Assembly (NCBI RefSeq): GCF_030028105.1
Contig: NC_092370.1
Location: 70,110,098 to 70,174,097 of the forward strand
Source of the DNA: Mobula birostris
Lineage: Eukaryota
Length of the DNA stretch: 64,000 bases
Direction of reading: 5' to 3'
Both the position numbers and the translations under genes were made by a program. The notes beneath the pieces are model-generated. The model saw only the letters and a program-made list of their open reading frames with translations. It was not told the origin of the DNA and did no database searches. Positions 1 to 11,950 of the stretch are shown in pieces; the stretch's first letter is position 1, and every line of letters starts with the position of its first letter.

Positions 1-298
1 GGTGATGAATACAGGATTGAAGGTGTTATATTTCAATGCACGCAGAACGTGGAATAAGGTAGATGACCTTGCAGCACATATTGGCACATATGACATTGTG
101 GGCATCACTGAGTCATAGTTGAAAGAAGATTGTAACTAGGATATGCATTGTATCAAAAGAGGCAGGTAAGCAGGGGGGATAGGGTGTCACTGTTGATTAA
201 AATTGAAATAAAATCCTTAGAAGTAGGTTACATAAAATCTGAACATGTAGAATCACTGTGGGTAGAGTAATGAAACTGTAATGGTAAAAATACTCTGA
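1..298 (+). mobile_element. Degenerate CR1 LINE ORF2 (AP endonuclease N-terminus) fragment
   Basis: Reads LKVLYFNA..NKVDDL..YDIVGITES, typical of the CR1 ORF2 start; contains stops. Confidence 0.55.
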
Positions 299-300
299 TA

Positions 301-445
301 CAGTGCCTATAAAAAGTATTCACCCCCCTTGGAGGTTTTCATGTTTTGTTGTTTTTACATTGAACCACTGGATTTAATTTGGCTTTTTTGACACTAATCA
401 ACAGAAAAGAGACTCGTTTGTGTCAAAGTGAAAACAGGATCTTTC
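301..445 (+). mobile_element. Tc1 terminal inverted repeat fragment
   Basis: TA|CAGTGCCTATAAAAAGTATTCACCCC is the reverse complement of the terminus of the Tc1 element ending at 48588. Confidence 0.75.
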
Positions 446-914
446 CTGCAATTTTACAATAGGTCAACAGCAAACGCAATTTCAATGGGTCTTCACACAG
501 CCTTAGACCACCAAGACAATACAAATACCTATATCAGGATGCTTTTCATAGACTATAGCTCAACATTTAACACCATTATTCCAACAATCCTGATTGATGT
601 TACAGAACCGGGGCCTCTGTACGTCCCTTTGCAATTGGATCCCCAACTTCCTAACTAGAAGGCTGCAATCTGTGCAGATTGGTGATAATATCTCCTCCTC
701 GCTGACGATCAACACTGGTGCACTTCAGCGGTGTGTGCTTAGCCCACCGCTCTACTCTCTCTTTACCCATGACTGTATGTCTAGGCATAGCTCGAATACC
801 ATCTATAAATTTGCTGATGATGCAATAATTGTTGGTTGAATCTATGATGGAGACAGGAGCAAGATGTGCCAACTAGTGGAGTGCTGTCACAGCAACAACC
901 TTGCACTCAGCATC

Positions 915-1566
915 TGTGTTGCCTTTTGCTGGGTCTACGCTTTAGATGATTTATTTGAAACTATTTTCTAGTTAAAGTTAAAGGTTGATAATTATGTTAC
1001 AGTATAACAAAGGTAAATTCATTGTCTATAGTATATCGCGGTATGTGATGATGTCACCTCCGGTTTCGCTGCATCTTATGTGTAACCTCCGGTTCGGGAA
1101 GGTGAGAAGGAGGGTGCCACGCGTGCAGCATGATCGTGAAGAGCTCTGTGTCTACCCACAAGGAAACATTATAGAAGCAATGCTGTACGTTCCTATGGAA
1201 GTATTTGAAGTAAAAATATTAACGCGGTTTCTGTTAAGGAAGCGGCGGTTCAGGTGGCGCGCGTGTCGGCTTTTCAATTTCAAACGTGGGGTGGGCTCGG
1301 GCCCGGCGGCAGTTTGACGGGACACCCCTCGCTTGTTACTCGGGGCGGCTGGAGACGCTCGCTAAAAGAAGAGAGCGCGCGTTGTCTCCAGAATGAAACA
1401 GACGCTGTATATGTCTGTATTTTTTTTATCAACAGTTTTCACCATACTATGTTAATGTGGAAGAGTGAACAGTAAATGGTTAACCTTACTATGACTCTGT
1501 CTTCATTGGCTCTGGTTTAACTTGGTGTTTAGTCAGGGTTTCAACACACTGCACAAGAACACAACA
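915..1566 (+). repeat. 5' LTR of BEL element
   Basis: Direct repeat of 4294-4909 with indels; starts TGTGTTGCC, ends ACAACA. Confidence 0.88.
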
Positions 1567-1606
1567 GTGAAAAGGTGAAATCATTAGATGTTTCGACAAG
1601 TGGTAC

Positions 1607-4239
1607 GATGGCTTCATGATCAAGCATCAAGTCGCTTGCACTCAGCGCCAAGAGCAGTAGGACGTCGACAAATGTGGCTGCCCTCGCAAGGGCTGAAGCC
1701 GCCGCCGCCAAGGTGCGAGCGTCATATGCTAACCAAGAAGCAAAACTGAAAATGGAAAAGGCTGCCAGAGATGCGGAAAACCAGAAGGAAAAGGCAAGGA
1801 TAGATACAGAGTTAGAAGTGCTGATGCTACAACGAGAAGCTGATGTGGCCGCAGTGGAAACACAAGTGTTGGAAAACGCTGAAGAAATGCACATTCTAGA
1901 CGAAACATGAAAATCTATGTCAGAAACAGCCAAATTGGAATGCACCAGCGAATATGTCCAATCTCAAATTGACCGCAGATTCATTCTCCCTCTCCATACT
2001 TGCCTGTTGGCGTCCCATCTCATGTGAAATCACGAGGAAGCTTCATTGCATCGTGTCCACCTGGGGAAGACAGCTCACAATTGCAACCTTGCCACAAACT
2101 CAAGTATGAAAGGGCTGACTACAAATACTTCCCAACACCAAACTTACCAAATCCAGCGAGAGCAGAGACAAAGGCTGAAGTCAGAACATCAAATCCCATC
2201 ATGAACGTACATGATCAGTCATATGTCCCCCAACATACTCCCCCAGCTAGCACGCCACCTGCAGCAGAAACCTTGGCACAGTATTTAGCGTGATGAGACT
2301 TCATCAATTCAGGACTGTACCAGTTTGACGATAAGCCTGAAAATTACCATGCGTGGTACTCCTCATTCAGCAGTGCCACCGGCGGAGTCCAGCTCACAGC
2401 AATCCAAGAGTTGGACTTTATGACTAAATGGCTGGGAAAGGAATCAAGTGAACAGATCACTCAATGTATGTCAACAACCCCAAGCTAGCCTTACACAAAC
2501 CATGGGAGAGACTTCAGGACTGCTATGCAGCCCCTGAAATTATTGAGGGGGCGCTATTTCAACGGCTAGACAATTTTCCTAGGGTGTCAGCCAAGGACCA
2601 CACTAAATTACGAGAACTCGGAGATTTACTCATGGAGATTCAAGGTGCTAAAGAAGACAGCTAATTAACTGGCCTATCGTATCTGGATACTTCACGCAGA
2701 GTTGGACCAATTATGGACAAACTTCCATTTGGGCTGCAGGAAAGATGGGTGTCTATTGGCTCAGGGTACAAGGAAGGGAACGATGGTCGATTCCCTCCCT
2801 TTGAGTATTTTAGTAGGTTTGTGCGCAAGGAGGCGAAGAGGCGAAACGACCCTAGCTTCATGAATCAAGGCAGCACCACAACTCACACCAATCCAGTCAA
2901 ACCCATTTCGAACAATTTTGTCATCAATAAACCCGTCTCAGTGCATAAAACTGAAGTCTCTGCAATCAACGATGACCCTAGCAAGAATTGTCCATTGCAC
3001 AACAAACCCCACCCCCTCAAAAAATGCAGAATGTTTCGAAACAAACCCTTTGATGAAAGAAAGGCCCTTCTCAAGGAAAAAATAATATGTTTTAAGTGCT
3101 GTTCCTCTACCTCCTACCTCGCTAAAGAGTGTACATTCCCCGTAAAGTGCTCAGAATGTAACAGCACTAATCACGATGGGGCCATGCATCCCGGCCCATC
3201 AGCGCAAACTGCCAAGGCTCCTCCACTCCCACAAGAGGATGGCGGGGAGGGAGGGCATCACTCTGATACAGCTACCGTCAGCTCGAGCTGCACCGAAGTT
3301 TGCAGTCCAGGTCAGTCGAGCCATTCGTGCTCAAAGATCTGCCTCACTAAGGTATACCCTAAGGGAGCCAAAGACAAGGCCATCAAAGCCTATGTAATTC
3401 TGGATGACCAGAGCAACCGCTCACTAGTGAGACCAGAGTTCTTCGAGTTGTTCAGCGTAAAGGGTAATCCATTCCCATACTACCTCAAAACTTGCTCTGG
3501 CATTGCAGAAACATATGGCAGGAGGGCAGAAGGGTTCCAGCTCGAGTCGCTGGATGGCAACGTCGTCATCAGTCTCCCTCCACTCTTAGTGTGCAATGAA
3601 ATCTTAAATAACCGATCCGAGATTCTGACACCAAGCGCAGTGCTACACCAGCCCCATCTCCACCACATTACCAATCACATCCCAGAACTGGATCCGGAAG
3701 CAGAAATACTCCTGCTATTCGGAAGAGACATTCTTAGGGTGCACAAAGTCAGGCAGCAGGTCAATGGACCATATGATGTCCCCTTCGCCCAACGTCTGGA
3801 TCTGGGCTGGGTGGTGATAGGGGAGGTGTGCCCTGGCAACGTACTCAAACCAACAGTTAACACACTCAAGACTAACGTGCTAGAGAGAGGCCACTATTCA
3901 ATTTCTCAGCCCTCCACAAGTGTTATGTGTATCAAGGAAGCACAAGAAAGGCACAAGCATTGTAAAGTAACTGAGAAGACACTGGGACAGTCAGTCTTCG
4001 CTCAAACTAAGCACAATAATAAACTTGCTCCATCGGTGGAAGATGCCATCTTCTTAAAAATAATGGACACAAAGGTCTTTAGAGACGAAGCGAACAATTG
4101 GGTCACCCCACTACCATTCAGAGTACCATGCCAGCGCTTGCTAAACAATAAAGAGCAGGCAGTCAACCGGTTCACATCTTTACAACAAACCCTGAAACCA
4201 GTTAGAGGTTGTTCTACTTCTACTTAAAGACTGATCTAG
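1607..4239 (+). pseudogene. Disrupted BEL gag-pro polyprotein (stops and frameshifts; longest open piece 2713-4227)
   Basis: Track ORFs 1674-1910, 2000-2293, 2464-2664 and 2713-4227 are successive pieces: coiled-coil Gag, FDDKPENY capsid-like region, Zn knuckles, aspartic protease. Confidence 0.8.
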
Positions 4240-4293
4240 GGACTAAAGTTCTATACCATGTTTATAGTGACCTTACAAAGGTCAGGCAGGGAG

Positions 4294-4909
4294 TGTGTTG
4301 CCCTTAAGGCATTTATTTGACTTTGTTGGGTCTATGTTTTAAATGATTTGTTTGTAACTATTTTCTAGTTAAAGTTAAAGGTTGCTAGTTATGTTACAGT
4401 ATAACAAAGGTAAATTCATTGTCTATGGTATATTGCGGCATGTGATGACGTCACCTCTGGTTTCGCTGCATCTTATGTATAACCTCCGGTTCGGGAAGGT
4501 GAGAAGGCGGGTGCCATGTGTGCAGCATAATCGTGAAGAGCTCTGTGTCTACCCACAAAGAAACATTATAGAAGCAACGCTGTAAGTTCCTATGGAAGTA
4601 TTTGAAGTAAAAATATTAACGCGGTTTCTGTTAAGGAAGCGGCGGTTCGGGTAGCGCACGTGTTTGACGGGACACCCCTCGCTTGTTACTCGGGGCGGCT
4701 GGAGACGCTCGCTAAAAGAAGAGAGCACGCATAGTCTCCAGAATGAAAAAAATGTTTGTATTTTTTTTTAGTCAACAGTTTTCACCATACCATGTTAATG
4801 TGGAAGAGTGAACAGTAAATGGTTAACCTTACTACAACTCTGTCTTCATTGGCTCCGGTTTAACTTGGTGTTTAGTCAGAGTTTCAACACACTGCACGAG
4901 AACACTACA
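4294..4909 (+). repeat. 3' LTR of BEL element
   Basis: Direct repeat of 915-1566; starts TGTGTTGCC, ends ACTACA. Confidence 0.88.
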
Positions 4910-5361
4910 ACATCAGTAAGACGAAAGAACTGACTGTGGACTTCAGGAAGGGTAAGACGAAGGAACACATACCAATCTTCATAGAGGGATCAGAAGTGGA
5001 GAGAGTGAGCAGTTTCAAGTTCAATATTATACATCAATATTTAGATGACAGAATTGTTGCCTTTGTTGTCGAGTTTACTGACAATATGAAGATAGGTGGA
5101 GCTGCAGGTAGTGTCAAGGAAGCATGGTGTCTGCAGAAGAATTTAGAGATTGGGAGAATGGGCAAAGAAGTGGCGGATACAATATGATATAGGGAGGTGC
5201 GTGGTCATGCACTTTGATGGAAGGAATAAAGGCATAGACTATTTTCTAAACTGGGAGAAAATTCAAAACCCAGAGGTGCATAGGCATTTGGGAGTCCTTG
5301 TGCAAGATTCCCTAAAGGTTAACTTGTAGGTTGAGCCAGTGTTAATGAAGGCAAATGCAAT

Positions 5362-5907
5362 CAACAGGAATTCTGCTGATGCTGGAAGTTCAAGCAACAC
5401 ACATCAAAGTTGCTGGTGAACGCAGCAGGCCAGGCAGCATCTCTAGGAAGAGTCAGCGTTTCAAGCCGAGACCCTTCGTCAGGACTAACTGAACATTGAC
5501 TTCTCTAACTTCCGCTAATGCCCCACCTCCCCCTCGTACCCCATCTGTTACTTATTTTTATACACACATTCTTTCTCTCACTCTCCTTTTTCTCCCTCTG
5601 TCCCTTTGACTATACCCCTTGCCCATCCTCTAGGTCCCCCCCCCCACCTTGTCTTTCTCCCTGGGCCTCCTGTCCCATGATCCTCTCGTATTCCTTTTGC
5701 CAATCACCTGTCCAGCTCTTGGCTCCATCCCTCCCCCTCCTGTCTTCTCCTATCATTTTGGATCTCCCCCTCCCCCTTTCAAATCTCTTACTAATTCTTC
5801 CTTCCGTTAGTCCTGACGAAGGGTCTCGGCCTGAAACGTCGACTGTATCTCTTCCTAGAGATGCTGCCTGGCCTGCTGCGTTCACCAGCAACTTTGATGT
5901 GTGTTGT
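5362..5907 (+). mobile_element. Short non-autonomous Penelope-like element with an inverted 5' pLTR segment
   Basis: 5362-5492 is the reverse complement of the pLTR end. 5493-5907 is a forward pLTR similar to 39335-39750. Flanked by a 20-bp duplication TTAATGAAGGCAAATGCAAT (5342-5361 and 5908-5927). Confidence 0.85.
5809..5844 (+). ncRNA. Minimal type I hammerhead ribozyme motif in PLE pLTR
   Basis: AGTC-CTGACGA-AGGGTCTCGGCCT-GAAAC-GTC-GACT: stem I, CUGANGA and GAAA cores, GUC cleavage triplet. Confidence 0.75.
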
Positions 5908-6549
5908 TTAATGAAGGCAAATGCAATGTTAGCATTCATTTCAAGAGGACTAGAAAATAAGAATAAGGATATAACGTTGCAGCTTTATAAGGCATTGGTC
6001 AGACCTGGAGTATTGAGAACAATTTTGTGCTGGCATTAGACAGGGTCCAAAGAATGTTCATGAGAATACTCCCAGGAATGAAAGTGTTAACATATGAGGA
6101 GCATTGGATGGCTCTGGACCTGTACTTGCTGGAGTTTAGAAGAATGAGGGAGGGTTCTCAGAAAACCAATTGAATTAGGACGTAATAGAAGGAATGGGGA
6201 GAGAAAGTTTCCTATAGTGGGAGAGTCTTGGACCAGAGAGGGCAGCCTTAAAATAGAGGGATATCCACTTAGAACCAAGATGAGGATGAACTTCTTTATC
6301 CAGAGTGAATGATGAATCTGTGGAATTCATTCCCACAGGTGGCTGTGGTGGCCAAGTCATTAAGTATATTTTAAAAAGCTTCTGATTTGTCAGGAAGTCA
6401 AAGGGTACAGGGAGAAGGCAGGAGAATGGGATTGAGTGGGATAATAAATCAGCCATGATGGAATGGTGGAGCAGACTCGAAAAGACAAATGGCCTAATTC
6501 TGCTCATGTCTTATGGTTATATAGACTATATCTCCACTACAAATTCAAA

Positions 6550-9500
6550 ATAAACTCATCTACAAACTCCAAGACCTAGGACTCAGCATCTCCCCCTACA
6601 ATTGAATCTTTTATTTCATGACTAATACACAGCAATGAGTAAGGATGAGAAACAGCATCTCTGCCACAATTATCCTCAACGCTTGTGTCCCGCAAGGCTG
6701 GGTCCCCAGCTCAATATATTACTCTCTAAATACTCATGGACCGATGGCCAGATTCTTTTCTCACTCCATCTACAAGTTCACAGGTGATGTCACCATAGTG
6801 GGCCAGTTCTCGAATAATGATGAGCTGGAGTACTGGAAGGAGACAGAGCCTGGTGGCATGGTGTTAAAACAAACACCTTTCCCTCCATGCCAGAAAAACA
6901 AAAGAGCTAGTCATTGGCTTTAGGAGGTGGGGTAACGGACAGCTTCAGATTCCTGGGTGTAAATGTCACCAGTAACTTGTCCAAGTCCAGAAGACCATAA
7001 GCTATAGGAGCAGAATTAATCCATTTGGCCCATCTAGTCTGTTCTGCCATTTCATCATATCTGATCCATTTCCCTCTGAGTCCCAATCTCCTGCCTTCTT
7101 CCCATAACCCATCATCCCCTGACTAGTCAAGAACTTATCAACCTCTGCCTTAAACCACACTGACTTTGGCCTATTTTATCATGTGCATCCAAGTACCCTG
7201 AAACCACATCCTTAACAATCGACTCCAACATCTTCCCAACCACCAAAGTCAGACTAACTGACCTCTCAATTCCTTTCTTCTGCCTCTCTCTGTTCTTGAA
7301 GTGTGCAGTGATGTTTGGAATTTTCTAGTCTTCCAGAACCATTCCAGAATCTAGTGATACTTGAAGGATCATTACTGATGCCTCCATAATCTCTACAGCC
7401 ACCTCTTTCAGAACCCTGGGGTGTATACCATCTGGTCCAGGTGATTTATCTACGTTCAAACCATTCAATTGCCCAAACATCTTCTCCCTAGTGATGGCAA
7501 CTTAACTCTCTTCTGCCCCCAACACTCTCGAATTTCTGGCATACTGCTACCGTCTTCCACAGTGAAGAATGATGCAAAATATTTACTCTGTTTGTCTGCC
7601 ATTTCCTTGTCCCCAATTACTCCCTCACCAGCATCATTTTCCGGCGGTCTGATAACAACCCTACCTCTCTTTTACACTTTGTATATCTGAAGAAACTTCT
7701 GGTATCCTCTTATCGGCTAACCTACCTTCATATTCCATCTTTTCCTTCTTTATGACTTATTTAGTTGCCTTCATTTGGATTTTAAAGCCTCACAGTCCTC
7801 TTGTTTTTCACTAATTTTTGCTCTATTATATGCCATCTCTTTGGCTTTTATGGTCCGTTTAACTCCCACTGTCAGTCACGGTTGCATCATCCTGCTTTTA
7901 GAATACTTCTTCTTCTTCTTTGGGTTGTATCTATCTTGCACTTTCCAACTTGCTCCTAGAAACTCCAGTCTTTGCAGCTCAGCTGACATCCCTGCCAGTG
8001 TTCTTTTCCAATCAATGTTGGCCAGCTCCTCTCTCATGTCTCTGTCATTCCCTTTACTCCATTATAGTACATCTGACTTCAACTTCTCCTTATCAAATTT
8101 CATGGTGAATTCGATTATATTATGATTACTATTTCCTAAGAGTTCCTTTACCTTAAAGCTCTCTAATCAATCTTGGTTCATTGCACAACACCCAATCTAG
8201 AATAGCTGATCCCCTAGTTGGCACAAGCCTGAGCTGCTCTAAAAAGCCATTTTGTTGGCATTCTACAAATTCCCCCTTTTGGGATCCAGCACCAACCTGA
8301 TTTTCCCAATCCAGCTGTAAGTTGAAATCTGCTATGACTATAACATATTTTTGACATACCTTTTCTATTTCCTATTAAAATTTGTAGCCAACATCTTGAA
8401 TACTGTTCGGAGGTCCTGGTTGTCCTAGTCGAACTGAATCGAATTGACTTTATTTCTTACATCCTTCACATAAATGAGGAATAAAAATCTTTATGTTATG
8501 TCTCCACCTAAATGTACAACGTGCAATCATAGTAATTTATAATAATTTATAATAAATAGAACAGTTAGTGTATAGAGTACACTCAAATCAGCGTGAGTTC
8601 ATCAGTCTCTTGGCCTGGTGGAAGAAGCTGTCCCAGAGCCTGCTGGTCCTGGCTTTTATGCTGCGGTACCGCTTCCTGGATGGTAGCAGCTGGAACAGTT
8701 TGTGGTTGGGATGGCTTGGGTCCCCAGTGATCCTACGGGCCCTTTTTATACACCTGTCCTTTAAATTTCCTGAATCATGGGAAGTTCACACTACAGATGC
8801 AGTTGTGAACTATGTAGATATCAGGGCTAAGAAAGTACACCGGCACTTCAACTTCCTCAGAAGGTTCAAAGTTCAACATAAATGTATTATCAAAATACAT
8901 GTACGTCACCATATACACTCGAGATTCATTTTCTTGTGGACATATTTAAAATCCATAATAGAATAATAACCCTAATGAAAGACTGCACCAACTTTGGTAT
9001 TCAACGAGTTGTGCAAAAGACAACAAGCTGTGCAAATACAAAAAGAAAGAAATATTAATAGTAACAGTAATTATAAATAAGTAATAAAAAACAAGATCAT
9101 GAGATGAAGAGTCCTTAGGTTGTGGGAAGATCTCAGTGATGGGGCAAGTAAAGTTGAGTGAAGTTATCCCCTTTGGTTCAAGGCTATAACTATTTGTGAA
9201 TCTGGTGGTGTGAGTCTTGAGGCCTGTACCTTCTTCCTGCTGGTAGCAGTGAGAAGAGAATATGTCCTGGGTGGTTGGGTGGTGGAGGTCCCTGATGATG
9301 GATATTCCTTTCCTGTGACGGCGTTCCATGTAACTGCGTTCAATGTTGGGGAGGGGTTTACCCGCAATGGATTTTTGGCCACATCCACTACTTTTTGTGG
9401 GATTTTCCATTCAAGGACATTGGTGTTTCCATACCAGGCTGTGCTGCAGTCAATCAATATACTCTCCACTGCACATCTATAGAAGTTTATCAAAGTTTCA

Positions 9501-10200
9501 AATGTCACTCTGAACTTTTGCAAATTCCTAAGGAAACAGAGGCACTGCTGTGCTTTCTTAGCAATTGCACTTACGTGCTGGGTCCAAGACAAGTCCTCCA
9601 AAATAATAACACCAAGAAATTTAAAGTTGCTGATCTTCTCCACCTCTGATCCTATGATGAGAACTGGCTCATGGACCTCGAGTTTTCCCCTCCTGAAGCC
9701 AATAATTGGCTCCTTGGTCTTGCTATTTAATTACTACTTAATTATTTATGGTGCAACTGTAATGAAAACCAATTTCCCCGGGGATCAATAAGGTACGACT
9801 ATGACTATGAATGATATTGAGTAAGAGGTTGTTCTTATGGTACAACTCAGCTAGATTTTCAATCTCCCTCTTATATGCTAACTTGTCAGCATCTTCAATT
9901 CGGCCACCGATAGTGGTGTCATCAGCAAACTTGAATGTGGTGTTCGGCATGGATATTCAGAAGGATATTTAGCATGACCCCATCAATTTTTATAGATGCA
10001 CCACAGAAAGTCTCTTATCTGGGTGCATCAGCTTGGTAACAGCAACTGTTCTGCCAACACAAGAAGAAATCACTCACATCTCAGTTCATTGCAAAAACCA
10101 GTCTCCACTCCACGGAGACTCTGACTCTGTTTCCCTCAGTACCAGGAAAGCAAACAACACAATCAAAGACCCCTCCTGCCCTGGTTAATCCCTCTTCTCA
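6550..10200. mobile_element. Nested LINE stack: plus-strand Rex1 (6550-6990, ~8800-8864, ~9946-10200) broken by minus-strand CR1 (~6995-8420) and minus-strand Rex1 copies (~8430-8795, ~8865-9945)
   Basis: RT and DUF1891-like motifs on both strands (VPQGWVPS..YKFTGD; KFADDTT; FKFLGVII.EDLSW..KKAQQ.L.FLR). Boundaries are approximate. Confidence 0.65.
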
Positions 10201-11789
10201 CAATTTACTAGGTCCTCCTGTTCACAAGTTACTGGATGTTATCATATAATACAGCAAACAAATTGGAAGGCAAATACTTTATTAGTCTTTCTTGAAAGAG
10301 GATTTGAATATAAGTTTAAAGTGATCCTACCGCAAATAAATTGGGCCCAGTTAAATGCAACTGGAACATTTTGTTACAGGAATATTTTGAGTATTTTTTT
10401 CATTCTTCCTACTTCAGGATGCAAGTACTTACAAGAGGGATTGCAACAAAATTTCACCAGGTTCATCCTGAGATGAGGGGAAATACCTAAAGAGGAGCAC
10501 TTAAACAGAAGGGGAAAATGCTCTTTTGGCTTTGAAAGAATGAAGGACAGTCTCACTGAAACATGCAGCATTCTCATCAAGAGTGCTTGTGGTGGGATGC
10601 GCAATCACAATCTGAAAATTTAGGCGGGTCTTCAGATTTAGGATTGAGTTAAAAAGAAAATATCTTCTCACAGAGGTAGGTGGATCTTTGAGTTCTCTAT
10701 GCAAGGGGGCTGTGTAGGCTCAGTCACTCAAAAACGATGTGTAGATTGTCGTATATAGAGAATAAAAGCATCTGGGATTAGTGCAGTAAAGTATTACCAA
10801 GGAAAAGGCATCATCTTATGGAATTTTAACATATACAACCCCTTCCTTTATAGAACATATTTAAGGTTCCAGTTACCTATTTATTAAAATAATAGTAAAA
10901 TGCTTAAAAGTGTGTAAAGGTGGGTCACATAGATGATTCTGGGTTGTCACCAACTTATTTTAGCACTTAGCTTGACTTTCCAGCCTTTTTAATTATTAAA
11001 AACTTGTTGCAATAATGCAATCCATCTATGTCGAATTACCTCTAAAGATAGATGCACAAGATGCTAATGAACTCAATGAAATTTAATCAGGCCCTTTCAA
11101 TATATGGATAAGTATTCTAAGTTTTAGACTGATCACAACTTTGCTTATAAATAAGCTTGCATCATCTGCAGTACACATTACATGCAGCATTAACACTGCA
11201 ATCACTTACAAATGTGAAGTCATGTCACATCCTCAGTTATATGCCTAAACTGATATTTATTAAATACAATACATACTATCTGTCCAGAATACAACCAACT
11301 AAATTAGCAACAAAAACAAAATATGTGCATATAGATACAGCCATTCACAACATCCCAAATCAGTTGACTGCCAATGAAGTACAGTACTTTCCAAAGTGCA
11401 AGTATCATTGTTATGACAGAAACAAAGCAATCAATATTCATACAGTAACAGGCTAAGTCATCAGTTCCAATAAGGGTTTTGTTTTAAATTAAAGCATTTT
11501 GTAGTTTAATGGATAAACTCAATCTTCTTGAGTTAGTGGAGCTGTACTCATCCAGACAAGCGTAGCGTATTCCATAACACTCCTGATTTGCGCCCAGTGA
11601 AGGGAGAAAGTGCTTAATGTCAGGGGTAAGTCAGTCACTGTACAATACCCAAACTCCAACCCAAAAACAAAGAGGACACTGGATCAAATGGCAATGAGTA
11701 GTTAGGAAGGCAAATCAAATGCTGACCTTTACGGCAAAAAATATGTATAGAAATAGAGAAATCTTGCTACAGCTGTACAGTGTATGGTG

Positions 11790-11950
11790 AGAACACAAGA
11801 ACATAAGAAATAGGAGCAGGAGTAGGCCATCTGGCCCGTCGAGCCTGCTCCGTCATTCAATAAGATCATGGCTGATCTGGCAATGGACTCATCTCCACCT
11901 ACCTGCCCTTCCCCCATAACCTTTAATGCAAACCTTCTATGCAAAAATCT
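11790..11950 (-). mobile_element. CR1 3'-end fragment
   Basis: CR1 3' UTR motif (aggagcaggagtaggcca...gatcatggctgat) and a cataagaa-type tail. Confidence 0.6.

Larger units (their letters stand above)
915..4909 (+). mobile_element. BEL/Pao LTR retrotransposon, internally deleted (gag-protease kept; RT, RNaseH and most of IN lost)
   Basis: LTRs at 915-1566 and 4294-4909, both TG...CA. 5-bp TSD GCATC/ACATC. Purine-rich PPT-like AGGCAGGGAG before the 3' LTR. Three Cys/His knuckles (CPLH..H...C, CFKC, C..C...H) and protease motif ILDDQSNRS in ORF 2713-4227. Confidence 0.9.
446..5021 (+). mobile_element. Rex1/Babar-type LINE RT fragment split by the BEL element (446-914 and 4915-5021)
   Basis: YIRMLFIDYSS.FNTIIP, TGA.Q.CVLSP.LYSL.THDC, KFADD; the sequence resumes after the LTR element (SKTKEL.VDFRK). 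Confidence 0.75.
5022..6520 (+). mobile_element. CR1 LINE 3' portion interrupted by a PLE-derived insert
   Basis: KANAMLAFISRG..YKALVRP motif and CR1 3' UTR (atcagccatgat...ggcctaattctgct). Confidence 0.7.

Noticed and set aside
5518-6039. Recurrent ORFs MPHLPLVPH.../...[16 protein letters not shown] (also 39360, 42959, 63067)
   Set aside because: Translations of the non-coding PLE pLTR; variable indels between copies show no coding constraint.
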